Shown: positions 19,505-27,481 of the stretch, one piece after another
Numbering within the stretch: position 1 is the first letter of the stretch
How the letters are laid out: each line of letters begins with the position of its first letter
Virus record (IMG/VR): IMGVR_UViG_3300031953_000038
Location: 1-43,025 of that record
Direction: 5' to 3' (one strand)
DNA length: 43,025 bases
Source of the DNA: a virus
Taxonomy: Duplodnaviria; Caudoviricetes
Notes under the pieces: model-generated
Databases searched by the model: none
Seen by the model: the letters and a program-made list of their open reading frames with translations, nothing else
What the model was told of the DNA's origin: nothing
Position numbers and translations under genes: made by a program

Positions 19505-20607
19505 GTGGCGTCGAGTACGAGCACGTCGTTTACAAGGGCGTCGAGGTTCCCGAGGTTCTTGGGCCGATTGGCAAGTCGGCATATGCGGTGGCACTAGATA
19601 ACGGCTTTGTGGGCACCGAGGCTGAGTGGCTGGCGTCGCTCAAGGGCGCGGACGGCGACGCCGGGTCCGGCGCAATGCTCGCGGCTACCTACGACCCCAC
19701 TGGCATCGAGGCTGACGCGTTTGACCGCGGCAACCACACGGGCACGCAACCGCTGTCGACCATCTCGGATGCTGGCACCGCTGCGGCTGAGGACGTGGAA
19801 GCCTTTGCCACCGCAGACCAGGGGGGGAAGGCCGATAACGCAGTGCAACCAGCGGGCCTCACCAAGACCGCTGTGGGCTTGGGGAGCGTGGATGATACGT
19901 CTGACGCGGACAAGCCCGTGTCCACGGCACAACTGTCCGCGCTCGACGGCAAGGCAACCAGCGCGCAGGGTGCGAAGGCTGACTCTGCTGTACAGCCTGA
20001 CGCGCTTGCCGCGGTTGCCACGTCCGGTGATTATGGCGATCTGGAAAACAAGCCCACTATCCCTGCTGGCCTCCCCACTGGTGGCACGACTGGGCAGGTG
20101 GCGTCCAAGGCGTCGGGCGCTGACTTTGATGTCGCGTGGACCGATCCGCCTGGCAGCGGTGGTGCGGTCGATTCCGTCAATGGCGCAACGGGCGTGGTTG
20201 TTCTAGACGCTGACGACATTGACGACGCGGCGACGACTAACAGGTTCACGACCGCAGTCGAGGCCAGCAAACTCGCAGGCATCGCGACCGCTGCCACGGC
20301 GAACTCGACAGACGCGATCCTCAAGGCGCGTGCCAACCACACCGGCACACAGACCGCCGACACCATCACGGATGGCACCACCAATAAGGCGTTCCTGGCT
20401 ACGGAGCGCACAAAGTTAACGGGCATCGCAACGGGCGCTGACGTGACCACGCAGGCCAAGGTCATCGCGGCTTCTGGCTTCATTGTCGTCAATCATGGCG
20501 CAACGGCTGACACCGCTCGACCGGCCGACGCGCTTGCCGTCTACTGGGTAGGCACTGTGGAGCCGACGAACGCCACCAATGCCGACCAGTGGGAGGACCA
20601 GTCATGA
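19501..20607 (+). CDS. Tail fibre protein
   Basis: GKSAY.VAL.NGFVGTEAEWLASLKG, VGLG.VD.TSD.DKPVSTAQ, PTGGTTGQV..K and VDSVNG.TGVV modules, plus duplicated NHTGTQ repeats. Confidence 0.85.
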   Translation: MSGVEYEHVVYKGVEVPEVLGPIGKSAYAVALDNGFVGTEAEWLASLKGADGDAGSGAMLAATYDPTGIEADAFDRGNHTGTQPLSTISDAGTAAAEDVEAFATADQGGKADNAVQPAGLTKTAVGLGSVDDTSDADKPVSTAQLSALDGKATSAQGAKADSAVQPDALAAVATSGDYGDLENKPTIPAGLPTGGTTGQVASKASGADFDVAWTDPPGSGGAVDSVNGATGVVVLDADDIDDAATTNRFTTAVEASKLAGIATAATANSTDAILKARANHTGTQTADTITDGTTNKAFLATERTKLTGIATGADVTTQAKVIAASGFIVVNHGATADTARPADALAVYWVGTVEPTNATNADQWEDQS

Positions 20608-21338
20608 CGCTCAAGGTGAAGCGTGGTGGCGTGTTCGTGCCCGTGGGTGGTGCGTCTACTCCTCCACCGCCTGCCGTGGTCGCTTACGACTGCGACTCCT
20701 ATTCTTCGTCCGCAACGAGCCAGGCGTGGGGGCCGCTTGCTTACGTGGACGGCGACCTTTTGGTGATGTCGGTCATGCACCGTCGCGCGCTCACAACGCC
20801 GAGCGGTTGGACGCTTCACTCAACGGCAAGCGTGCCGTACGGCGACACAGTCGGACAATCGACCTCGATACTGTCTCGACGAATGACGGGCGCGGGGTCG
20901 GTGTCGGGGACTGTGGTTCAGGCATCGGCACAGAGGCTCATCGTCGACGTGTACGTTCTGCGCGGCGCGGGTACCCCCATAAGTCGCGCTGACCTACTGC
21001 TAGAAACCGACGCCAAGCTCGACGTGTTCTCATTCACCGTGCCAGGCAAGGGCGCGACCAGCAACCTCGTCGTGTGGGCACTCTCTGCACCGTATTGGTC
21101 GGCGTCCGCCGAGCCCAACCCGCCCTTTGCCTCGGTGGAGAATACCCCCTGGATGTGCCAGACCGGGATGTGGTCGGGAACCCGTGCGGCGGTTGCCGCC
21201 TCATCGAACGACAACAACCGCCTCGGTACGTTCTTCGACTACGCCATTGCAGGTGAACGAACCTTCACGTCAACCTCGACCAACGCCGACGACTGGGTCG
21301 CGCTCGTCGCCCTCGAAATCCCCGGCATCACCACCTAA
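20604..21338 (+). CDS. Putative receptor-binding / minor tail protein
   Basis: RBS GGAGG and ATGA overlap; GDLLV...TPSGWT beta-sandwich motif. Confidence 0.65.
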   Translation: MTLKVKRGGVFVPVGGASTPPPPAVVAYDCDSYSSSATSQAWGPLAYVDGDLLVMSVMHRRALTTPSGWTLHSTASVPYGDTVGQSTSILSRRMTGAGSVSGTVVQASAQRLIVDVYVLRGAGTPISRADLLLETDAKLDVFSFTVPGKGATSNLVVWALSAPYWSASAEPNPPFASVENTPWMCQTGMWSGTRAAVAASSNDNNRLGTFFDYAIAGERTFTSTSTNADDWVALVALEIPGITT

Positions 21339-21403
21339 CCACCCCCAACCCCAGCCCGCCCGCACACGTGGCCGGGTCTACACGCACGCCCAGGAGGAAG
21401 CAC

Positions 21404-22138
21404 ATGTCACTACGAACCATCAGCGGCGCGTTCAAAGCACGCACCGACGCCGCGAACAGTTACGCCCGAATGCGCGCGGCCGGAATGCCCAGTGGTGGCA
21501 TCAACTCGGCCTACCGGTCTACCGCATCCCAGGCCGCACTATTCCTCGCCCGCTATCGGGTGCAGTGGACAGGGCGCGGCGCCTACAACGACGCCCGCTG
21601 GTACAACGGTCGCCGCTACGTTCGCGTATCCCCGGCTGGCATGGTGGGCGTTCCTGGCACCTCTAAGCACACCACCGGCATCGCGCTCGACATATCCACC
21701 AGCTCAAGGGCTGGCGCGTGGATGCTCAAGCACGGCGCACAGTTCGGATGGCGTCGCACCATCGCATCGGAGCCGTGGCACTGGGAGTATTCGGCCAAGA
21801 GCGATAACGATGCGGTGGCACCCATCCAGTCAGCCGTGCGCACCACGCGAGACGGCATCTGGGGCACCGGCACAGACAAGGCGACCTGGGCTGTCCGGGC
21901 CGCATCCCGCTTCCGCGGTGTCAATTTCCCCTACGGCAAGCGGTTCACTCAAGCCCGTGTCGGCACCAATGCTGACAACGTATGGGGCGCAAACTCCCGC
22001 GGGGCACACGATGCCACGATCAAGGCACTACAACGAGCACTCGCGCGCCTGGGCCTGTACACCGACAAGATCGACGGCATCTGGGGCAAACTCTCCGACG
22101 CCGCATTCCTCCAAGCACGAAAGGCATACAAGCGATGA
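21404..22138 (+). CDS. Endolysin: M15 (VanY-like) peptidase plus peptidoglycan-binding domain
   Basis: SAYRS...Q, PGTSKH..G.A.DI and EPWHWEY motifs; C-terminal DG.WG repeats. Confidence 0.9.
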   Translation: MSLRTISGAFKARTDAANSYARMRAAGMPSGGINSAYRSTASQAALFLARYRVQWTGRGAYNDARWYNGRRYVRVSPAGMVGVPGTSKHTTGIALDISTSSRAGAWMLKHGAQFGWRRTIASEPWHWEYSAKSDNDAVAPIQSAVRTTRDGIWGTGTDKATWAVRAASRFRGVNFPYGKRFTQARVGTNADNVWGANSRGAHDATIKALQRALARLGLYTDKIDGIWGKLSDAAFLQARKAYKR

Positions 22139-22464
22139 ACGAAAAGATTCCCGCATGGCTCCGCACCGTCGTACCGGCTGCATGGGGCACGCTCGTGGCC
22201 TGGGCACTGTCCCAGATCACACTTCCCGATTGGCTTGCACCGCTCGGGGACGCACTGTCCTCCGATGGCGCGACCATCCTCGTGCTTTCGCTCGTGATCG
22301 GTGCGTACTACGCTGGCGCACGATGGCTCGAGTCGCGACCCTGGTTCCCTGCGTGGGCCATCCGCGTCATTCTCGGTTCAGCGCAGACCCCGACCTATAC
22401 GCCAATTGAGACCGACGACGGCATGGGCGATGTTGACCCCGCCCTGTTCAACGAGAACACCTAA
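22135..22464 (+). CDS. Holin
   Basis: LRT.VP..WG TM1, TM2, then YYA.ARWLE...P; directly after the endolysin. Confidence 0.8.
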   Translation: MNEKIPAWLRTVVPAAWGTLVAWALSQITLPDWLAPLGDALSSDGATILVLSLVIGAYYAGARWLESRPWFPAWAIRVILGSAQTPTYTPIETDDGMGDVDPALFNENT

Positions 22465-22515
22465 CTTGACGAGGTAAAACCCTCCGTCGAATAACGCGCG
22501 CACCCTTCACGCGCG

Positions 22516-22569
22516 AAAAGAAACGCCCGGTCACCTTCCCCACGTGGGTTGGTGGCCGGGCGTTTTTCT
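22516..22569. terminator. Bidirectional intrinsic terminator at the end of the late operon
   Basis: AAAAGAAACGCCCGGTCACC...GGTGGCCGGGCGTTTTTCT. Confidence 0.85.
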
Positions 22570-22640
22570 GTGTCTAAACGGTGTCCGCGTGCGGCCTCAT
22601 GGTGGCCTTGCGTATCTACGTGTGGCCTGGAAGTGTGGAC
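22570..22640. repeat. Putative integrase arm-type sites (degenerate GTG(T/G)CC repeats; further copies at 22821-22839)
   Basis: Clustered ggtgtccgc, tgcggcct, ggtggcct, tgtggcct and gtgtggacac copies on both sides of the att core. Confidence 0.5.
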
Positions 22641-22689
22641 ACGGCGTTTCAACGCTTCCGCAATCCCATGCCTACCAGGCCGTTCGTAA

Positions 22690-22715
22690 GTGTCCGAGGG
22701 GGGACTTGAACCCCC
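22690..22715 (-). other. attP core = 3' end of an actinobacterial tRNA-Leu (probably GAG)
   Basis: Reverse complement GGGGGTTCAAGTCCCCCCTCGGACAC is a T-arm plus acceptor strand; lies 140 bp upstream of int; no 5' tRNA half present. Confidence 0.85.
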
Positions 22716-22852
22716 GTACAAAATGGCCACAATTTACGCCTATTCCAAGCACGACCAGGGCGGACGCTACTCCCCTACGTATCGCCCAGATGACGCGATA
22801 TGATGGGTTTACGCCCTAAAATGTGGCCTGCGTCCACACGATTTGAGGAACC

Positions 22853-24067
22853 ATGGCATCCGTAAGAATCCGCGTCGCCACAGACGGCAGCGAGACGTAC
22901 CAGTTGCGCTTCCGGCGCGACGGCAAGCAGGAGTCCAAGACGTTCACCACCCTGCGCGCCGCCGACAAAATGGCCGCACTCATGGATCGCGTTGGAGTCG
23001 AGCGCGCCCTTGACGTGATCGCCGAACGCGACGGCCGCAATGACGAGACCCCCACACTGGGCGAATGGTGCGAGCATCACATCGCCACTCTCACCAAGGC
23101 GTCGACCGGCACGCGCGCAAGATATCGGCGCATCCTCCTGAACGACATGACCACCATGAGCGACCTGCCCCTCGACTCCATCACCCGCGACATGGTGGCG
23201 CGCTGGGTGCTCGCCATGTCCGACGCCGGATCGTCCGGCAAGACCATCCGCAACAAACACGGATTCCTCGCGGGCGCAATGAAGCACGCCGTGGAAGAAG
23301 GCCTGATCCTGCGCACCCCCTGCGTCAAGCGTGGACTCCCAGACGGCACTAGTGGGCGCATGGTGTTCCTCACCCCTGACGAGTTCGCGATCCTGCTCGC
23401 ACACATACGCCCCAGTGAACGCGGCCTGGTCACCACGCTGGTAGGCACCGGACTGCGGTGGGGCGAGGCAACCGCACTTCAGGCCGGGGACTGGGATCGC
23501 TCACGCCGAATGCTCACCGTCTCACGCGCATGGAAAGAGTCCGCGTCCGGCGTGGAGCTCGGTGCGCCTAAGACCAAGCGGTCGCTGCGCACCATCTACA
23601 TTGACGGCGAGGTGGCAGACATTCTCGACGCTGGCACCAATGGCGCAGAGCCTGGCGCGTTCGTGTTCACCTCGCCCACCGGCAAGCCCTGGCGCGGCGC
23701 GGGACACTTCCACGAGTTCGTGTGGCAACCCGCCGTCGCCGCTGCCAACGGCCAGGTCTATGAATCGGCGCGCACGAGATCCAGGGCAAAGGGCTACGAC
23801 CCCACAGCCGGGCGCCCCTGGCTCGACCCAGCGCCCAAAGAGTTGCGACTAGGTAAGCGTCCACGTGTTCACGATCTCAGACATTCGGCGGCATCGTGGG
23901 CCGTGCGCGAAGGTGTCCCCCTCATCTCCGTGCAGGACATGCTCGGGCACGAATCCATCAAGACCACCATCGACCGCTATAGCCATCTCGAACCCAAGCA
24001 GGCGATGGCTGCGGGAATCGGCATGGCGAACGCGCTCAGGTCATCGCTTCCGCAGATCGAGGGCTAG
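22853..24067 (+). CDS. int: Tyrosine integrase
   Basis: TGLRWGEA, PKT, HDLRH, LGHESI.TT..RY catalytic residues. Confidence 0.97.
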   Translation: MASVRIRVATDGSETYQLRFRRDGKQESKTFTTLRAADKMAALMDRVGVERALDVIAERDGRNDETPTLGEWCEHHIATLTKASTGTRARYRRILLNDMTTMSDLPLDSITRDMVARWVLAMSDAGSSGKTIRNKHGFLAGAMKHAVEEGLILRTPCVKRGLPDGTSGRMVFLTPDEFAILLAHIRPSERGLVTTLVGTGLRWGEATALQAGDWDRSRRMLTVSRAWKESASGVELGAPKTKRSLRTIYIDGEVADILDAGTNGAEPGAFVFTSPTGKPWRGAGHFHEFVWQPAVAAANGQVYESARTRSRAKGYDPTAGRPWLDPAPKELRLGKRPRVHDLRHSAASWAVREGVPLISVQDMLGHESIKTTIDRYSHLEPKQAMAAGIGMANALRSSLPQIEG

Positions 24068-24474
24068 GCCGTGCACCACTCATCCACCACGGCAAAGATG
24101 AGCACCTCACGCGCGAAGTCCTCACGCCTGAGTTCGACCAGGCGCCGGGTGACCCCGAGCTCACGGGCCAGCGCGCCAGGATGGGTGCCGCATAGATCCT
24201 CAGCCACCGCGTAGGCATCGGCCCCAATGAGCAACCGCGCAGCGTACTGGTCCGCCTGGCGTTCATCGTGAGCCACGTTGTGGTCGCGTGACCAGTCGTG
24301 GCCGTGATGCCAGTGCCCCATCTCGTGAGCAAGCGTGACACGCTGCCTCAGATCCGTACGGCCATGGTTGACATAGACGACGCCCGACGAATGGACTTGG
24401 CCGTGGAACTTACCGAGATCGCAGAAGACGACCCTCAGTCCGAGCGCCTCAGCGCGCCCAATGAGTAAATCCAT
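24064..24474 (-). CDS. ImmA/IrrE-family metalloprotease (anti-repressor)
   Basis: R.TLAHEMGH...E..AD..AARLLI and C-terminal HTH (LARELGVT); adjacent to the repressor. Confidence 0.92.
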   Translation of the reverse strand: MDLLIGRAEALGLRVVFCDLGKFHGQVHSSGVVYVNHGRTDLRQRVTLAHEMGHWHHGHDWSRDHNVAHDERQADQYAARLLIGADAYAVAEDLCGTHPGALARELGVTRRLVELRREDFAREVLIFAVVDEWCTA

Positions 24475-24480
24475 GCCTCA

Positions 24481-24502
24481 GTTCTATCGTCGCCCACCGA
24501 CA
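24481..24502 (-). promoter_or_regulatory. PafBC / RecA-NDp-type DNA-damage promoter for the ImmA gene
   Basis: Minus strand reads TGTCGG-tgggcgacga(10)-TAGAAC-N6-ATG, against consensus TGTCGG-N10-TANNNT (last base deviates). Confidence 0.65.
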
Positions 24503-24505
24503 CGG

Positions 24506-24853
24506 TTACACGCTCTGGCCGTCCTCTGCCGCCGCGTCGTTACCATCCGCGCTCGTCTCGTCGGCGCGGGGGTCGCTGGCGGCGAGGGCGTACCCATCAC
24601 TACTCACTAATCGCAGTTCGGCAGCGGCAAAGACTGCCGACGCAGTGGTGCCGAACACCTTCGCGATGTGGTCAATTTCACCCGGTGATGCTGGCGGGGT
24701 GTCGTGTCGGGTGATTTTTCCCAGTCGATTGTGGGACATGCCAGCGGCTTTCGCCGCTCCGCGTAGTGATAGTGGGGACGCGTCGAGCAGTTCCTTCAGC
24801 ACGTCACTGAGGGCGATGTCGAGTGCGCTGTGGTCTTTCGGGTGCTTAGCCAT
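24506..24853 (-). CDS. Immunity repressor (XRE HTH), 115 aa
   Basis: SLRGAAKAAGMSHNRLGKI HTH; divergent from cro; upstream of immA. Confidence 0.88.
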   Translation of the reverse strand: MAKHPKDHSALDIALSDVLKELLDASPLSLRGAAKAAGMSHNRLGKITRHDTPPASPGEIDHIAKVFGTTASAVFAAAELRLVSSDGYALAASDPRADETSADGNDAAAEDGQSV

Positions 24854-24859
24854 GCCTCC

Positions 24860-24956
24860 AATGTACCCATTTACAACCAATTTGGCTACGTGACTTGACA
24901 AGTGGATCTATTTGGGTCCACTATCGTCTTATGAACACGGAACCAAATGAGTCCAG
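24860..24956. promoter_or_regulatory. Divergent repressor/cro promoters with three operator-like sites
   Basis: Leftward TAGCCA-17-TACATT; rightward TTGACA(24895)-18-CACTAT. Imperfect palindrome GTGGATCTATTTGGGTCCAC (24902-24921) with related copies at 24861-24880 and 24937-24956. Confidence 0.7.
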
Positions 24957-25233
24957 CGGGCTCGACTCTTTCGTCTCAGACGAAATCAAGGCCCGCATCG
25001 CAGTTACGCGTGGTGTAACTGTGACGAGTGCCGCGGAGGCACTCGTCGTAAGGAGAAAGTACCTCTCGGCTCGCGTAAATGGATCTGTCCCATTCGCGTC
25101 GACGCTTCTTGACCGGATCGCCCGCCTGCTTGGCACGACCGCGTCGGAAGTGGTGGCCGCAGCCGAGAGAAGGAGAAGGCTCGACGCCGGGGAGGGGCAA
25201 GAAACCCCCGGCGCAAGGCGGGTGGCCTCATGA
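24931..25233 (+). CDS. Cro-like HTH protein
   Basis: TVTSAAEAL.VRRKYLSARVNG.VPF HTH; first rightward early gene, apparently leaderless. Confidence 0.8.
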   Translation: MNTEPNESSGLDSFVSDEIKARIAVTRGVTVTSAAEALVVRRKYLSARVNGSVPFASTLLDRIARLLGTTASEVVAAAERRRRLDAGEGQETPGARRVAS

Positions 25234-25457
25234 CCGCCCCCGTATTCCACGGCGCCGCTTGGTTCGCTGAGCAGATCGGCGAGAAAGAGGACTGGGTGCG
25301 CAGACACTCGCGCTCGCTCCCCCGTCACCGCGTCGGCAGGTTCCTGCGCTTCACCGAGGCGAACGTGCAGGAGTACGTCGAGCAGACCCGTGTCGCGCCC
25401 GAGCCGGAGATCGCGCTGACCGCTCGGTCACGCAAGGCGAACGGCGGCAAGCGATGA
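25230..25457 (+). CDS. xis: Excisionase-like HTH protein
   Basis: LP.HRVGR.LRFT...V..Y motif (HTH_17/MerR-like). Confidence 0.75.
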   Translation: MTAPVFHGAAWFAEQIGEKEDWVRRHSRSLPRHRVGRFLRFTEANVQEYVEQTRVAPEPEIALTARSRKANGGKR

Positions 25458-25720
25458 CCACCACCGTGCGCATCCACAATGCCGATGCGGGCATGAGTGA
25501 CCTCGACCTCATCACCGCACTAGCCCAGGCTTTGCGCACCGCACAACAGGAGGGCAACGCCGCTCGCTCACGGGTGTTGCTGTCCACGTTGCAACAGGAA
25601 CTCCACGTGCTCGGACTTGGTGACCCCGCAGGCGACACGTGCCCGGCGCTGATCCGGTCGAACGGTCGCCTCCAGCCCGAGTGGCTGGAAGAGATCGGCG
25701 TTGAGGTGGAGGCATCATGA
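25454..25720 (+). CDS. Hypothetical protein
   Basis: ATGA-coupled ORF in the early operon. Confidence 0.65.
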   Translation: MTTTVRIHNADAGMSDLDLITALAQALRTAQQEGNAARSRVLLSTLQQELHVLGLGDPAGDTCPALIRSNGRLQPEWLEEIGVEVEAS

Positions 25721-25763
25721 GCGGCGACACCTGGCTGGAAGAGATCGGCGTTGAGGTGGAGGC
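25682..25763 (+). repeat. Perfect 32-bp direct repeat (25682-25713 / 25732-25763)
   Basis: TGGCTGGAAGAGATCGGCGTTGAGGTGGAGGC occurs twice, 50 bp apart. Confidence 0.95.
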
Positions 25764-25766
25764 GCG

Positions 25767-25982
25767 ATGACCACCGGCGACCACTGGGAGCGCCGCGTCC
25801 TGGACCCGACCATCCGTGCAGAGGTTCGCCACTACGACGGTGCGTACATCGTGACCACCGGCGACCCCAGTGAGTACTTCATCGGACCCACGTCCTACAC
25901 GCTCGCCGTCAACTCTGCGGCTATTCACAATGGCATGCACGGTCACGAAGCGCTCGCCGACCGTCGCGGTGTGACCTCATGA
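25767..25982 (+). CDS. Hypothetical protein
   Basis: RBS GGAGG; ATGA-coupled. Confidence 0.6.
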   Translation: MTTGDHWERRVLDPTIRAEVRHYDGAYIVTTGDPSEYFIGPTSYTLAVNSAAIHNGMHGHEALADRRGVTS

Positions 25983-26239
25983 CCGCCACGATCCCCGAGC
26001 AGGTTTTCGATCTGGAATTAGAGGGAGCGTTCGACGTGCTGGCGAAGTGCCGCATCTGCGACTCCCCCGCCGCTTGCTTCGTGGACTACGAGTGCGGCCA
26101 CAGCGGCCTCATGTGCACCGCCCACGTCGAGCAGTTGGAGCAGGTCATTGCCACCTCACTGCAAACCGGCGTCGGGCTTAAGTGCCCCGTCGACGACGTC
26201 CCGCTCAACCCCGAGCACATCACCATACGCAACGCATAA
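25979..26239 (+). CDS. Hypothetical Zn-finger protein
   Basis: CxxC...CGH...CxxH...C pattern. Confidence 0.65.
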   Translation: MTATIPEQVFDLELEGAFDVLAKCRICDSPAACFVDYECGHSGLMCTAHVEQLEQVIATSLQTGVGLKCPVDDVPLNPEHITIRNA

Positions 26240-26260
26240 CTAGGTCTGGAGGGACCAACC

Positions 26261-27481
26261 ATGAAAATCATTAGCCTATCTGCCTCAAACATCAAGCGGC
26301 TCAAGGCCGTCTACATTGAACCGGACGGCACCTTGCAGGTTGTCTCGGGGCGTAACGCTCAGGGCAAGACCAGCGTGCTCGATTCCATTTGGCTTGCGCT
26401 GGGCGGTGGTGCCGCAATGCGCGAGACCGCTAAGCCCGTCCGTGATGGTGAAGACACGGCGTCCGTCAGGGTTGACCTGGGCGACCTAGTAGTCACCCGC
26501 ACGTGGAAGGGCGACAAGACCAGCCTCACGGTCACGAGTGCCGAGGGTGCAAAGTACACGAGTCCGCAGAAGATGCTTGACGATCTCGTGGGCAGACTGT
26601 CGTTTGACCCGCTCGCGTTCACCCGCCTGTCCGACCGTGAGCAGGTCGCCGCACTGCTTGAGTTGGTCGACCTCGACGTTGACCTCGACGCGCTAGACGC
26701 AGACCGTGAGTTCCTCTATGCCGAGCGCACCGAACTGGGTCGCCAGGGCAAGGCGCTGGGCGATGTGCCCGCCGTGGACAAGGCGCTACCTGACGACGAG
26801 GTCTCGGCGTCGTCACTGCTGACCAAGATTCGCGAGTCGCAGGAGATCGAGCGCAACCGTCGCGAATTCGACAACGGCATTTCCTTCGCATCCCAGAAGG
26901 TCACCGACATTAAGGCGCAGATCGCCGAACTAGAGGCAGACCTCAAGAACTGGAAGTCCACGTTCGAGACTCGCACCGAGGCGTGCGCCGCGCTTCCCGC
27001 AGTGCCTGACATCACGGCCCTCGAATCCGACCTCGAAGGTGTGGAAGCAAAGAACGCCGCCATCCGCACTAACAACGAGCACCGCATCATGGGGAAGTCC
27101 AAGGCCGCACTGGTCAAGGAATACGAGGCGCGCACCACCAAGATCGACGCACTCGACTCGCAGAAGTCCAAGGCACTCGCCGCCGCAAAGTTCCCCGTCG
27201 ATGGCCTGGGCTTCACTGACGACGGCGTGACCTACAACGGCGTCCCGTTCTCGCAAGCATCATCCGCTGAACAGGCCATCGTTTCGATGGGGATGGCGAT
27301 GGCACTGAACCCGAAGCTGCGCGTCATCCGCATCTTCGACGGCTCCCTGCTCGACGCCGACTCCATGCAAGCAATCGCTGACATGGCCGCGGCTCAGGAC
27401 TATCAGGTGATTGTTGAGAGGGTGGATGACGCCTCCCCGTCCTCGATCATCATCGAGGACGGGGAGGTGGTCTCCCGATGA
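26261..27481 (+). CDS. AAA/SMC-like ATPase
   Basis: GRNAQGKTS Walker A, long coiled coil, SQASSAEQ signature-like motif, IFDGSLLD Walker B. Confidence 0.88.
   Translation: MKIISLSASNIKRLKAVYIEPDGTLQVVSGRNAQGKTSVLDSIWLALGGGAAMRETAKPVRDGEDTASVRVDLGDLVVTRTWKGDKTSLTVTSAEGAKYTSPQKMLDDLVGRLSFDPLAFTRLSDREQVAALLELVDLDVDLDALDADREFLYAERTELGRQGKALGDVPAVDKALPDDEVSASSLLTKIRESQEIERNRREFDNGISFASQKVTDIKAQIAELEADLKNWKSTFETRTEACAALPAVPDITALESDLEGVEAKNAAIRTNNEHRIMGKSKAALVKEYEARTTKIDALDSQKSKALAAAKFPVDGLGFTDDGVTYNGVPFSQASSAEQAIVSMGMAMALNPKLRVIRIFDGSLLDADSMQAIADMAAAQDYQVIVERVDDASPSSIIIEDGEVVSR

Noticed and set aside
19501-21338. Diversity-generating retroelement or tail-fibre shufflon
   Set aside because: No reverse transcriptase, invertase, TR/VR pair or inverted crossover repeats seen; the internal NHTGTQ and AQG.KAD.AVQP repeats are ordinary fibre modules.
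22690-22715. Intact tRNA gene
   Set aside because: Only the T-arm and 3' acceptor strand are present; this is the att core.
22821-22835. 15-bp identity ATGTGGCCTGCGTCC shared with 42179-42193
   Set aside because: About one such match is expected by chance in a 43-kb GC-rich genome; no supporting context.
24506-24853. Integration-dependent immunity (attP inside repressor removing a degron)
   Set aside because: attP lies about 1.8 kb away, upstream of int, and YALAA is internal rather than terminal.
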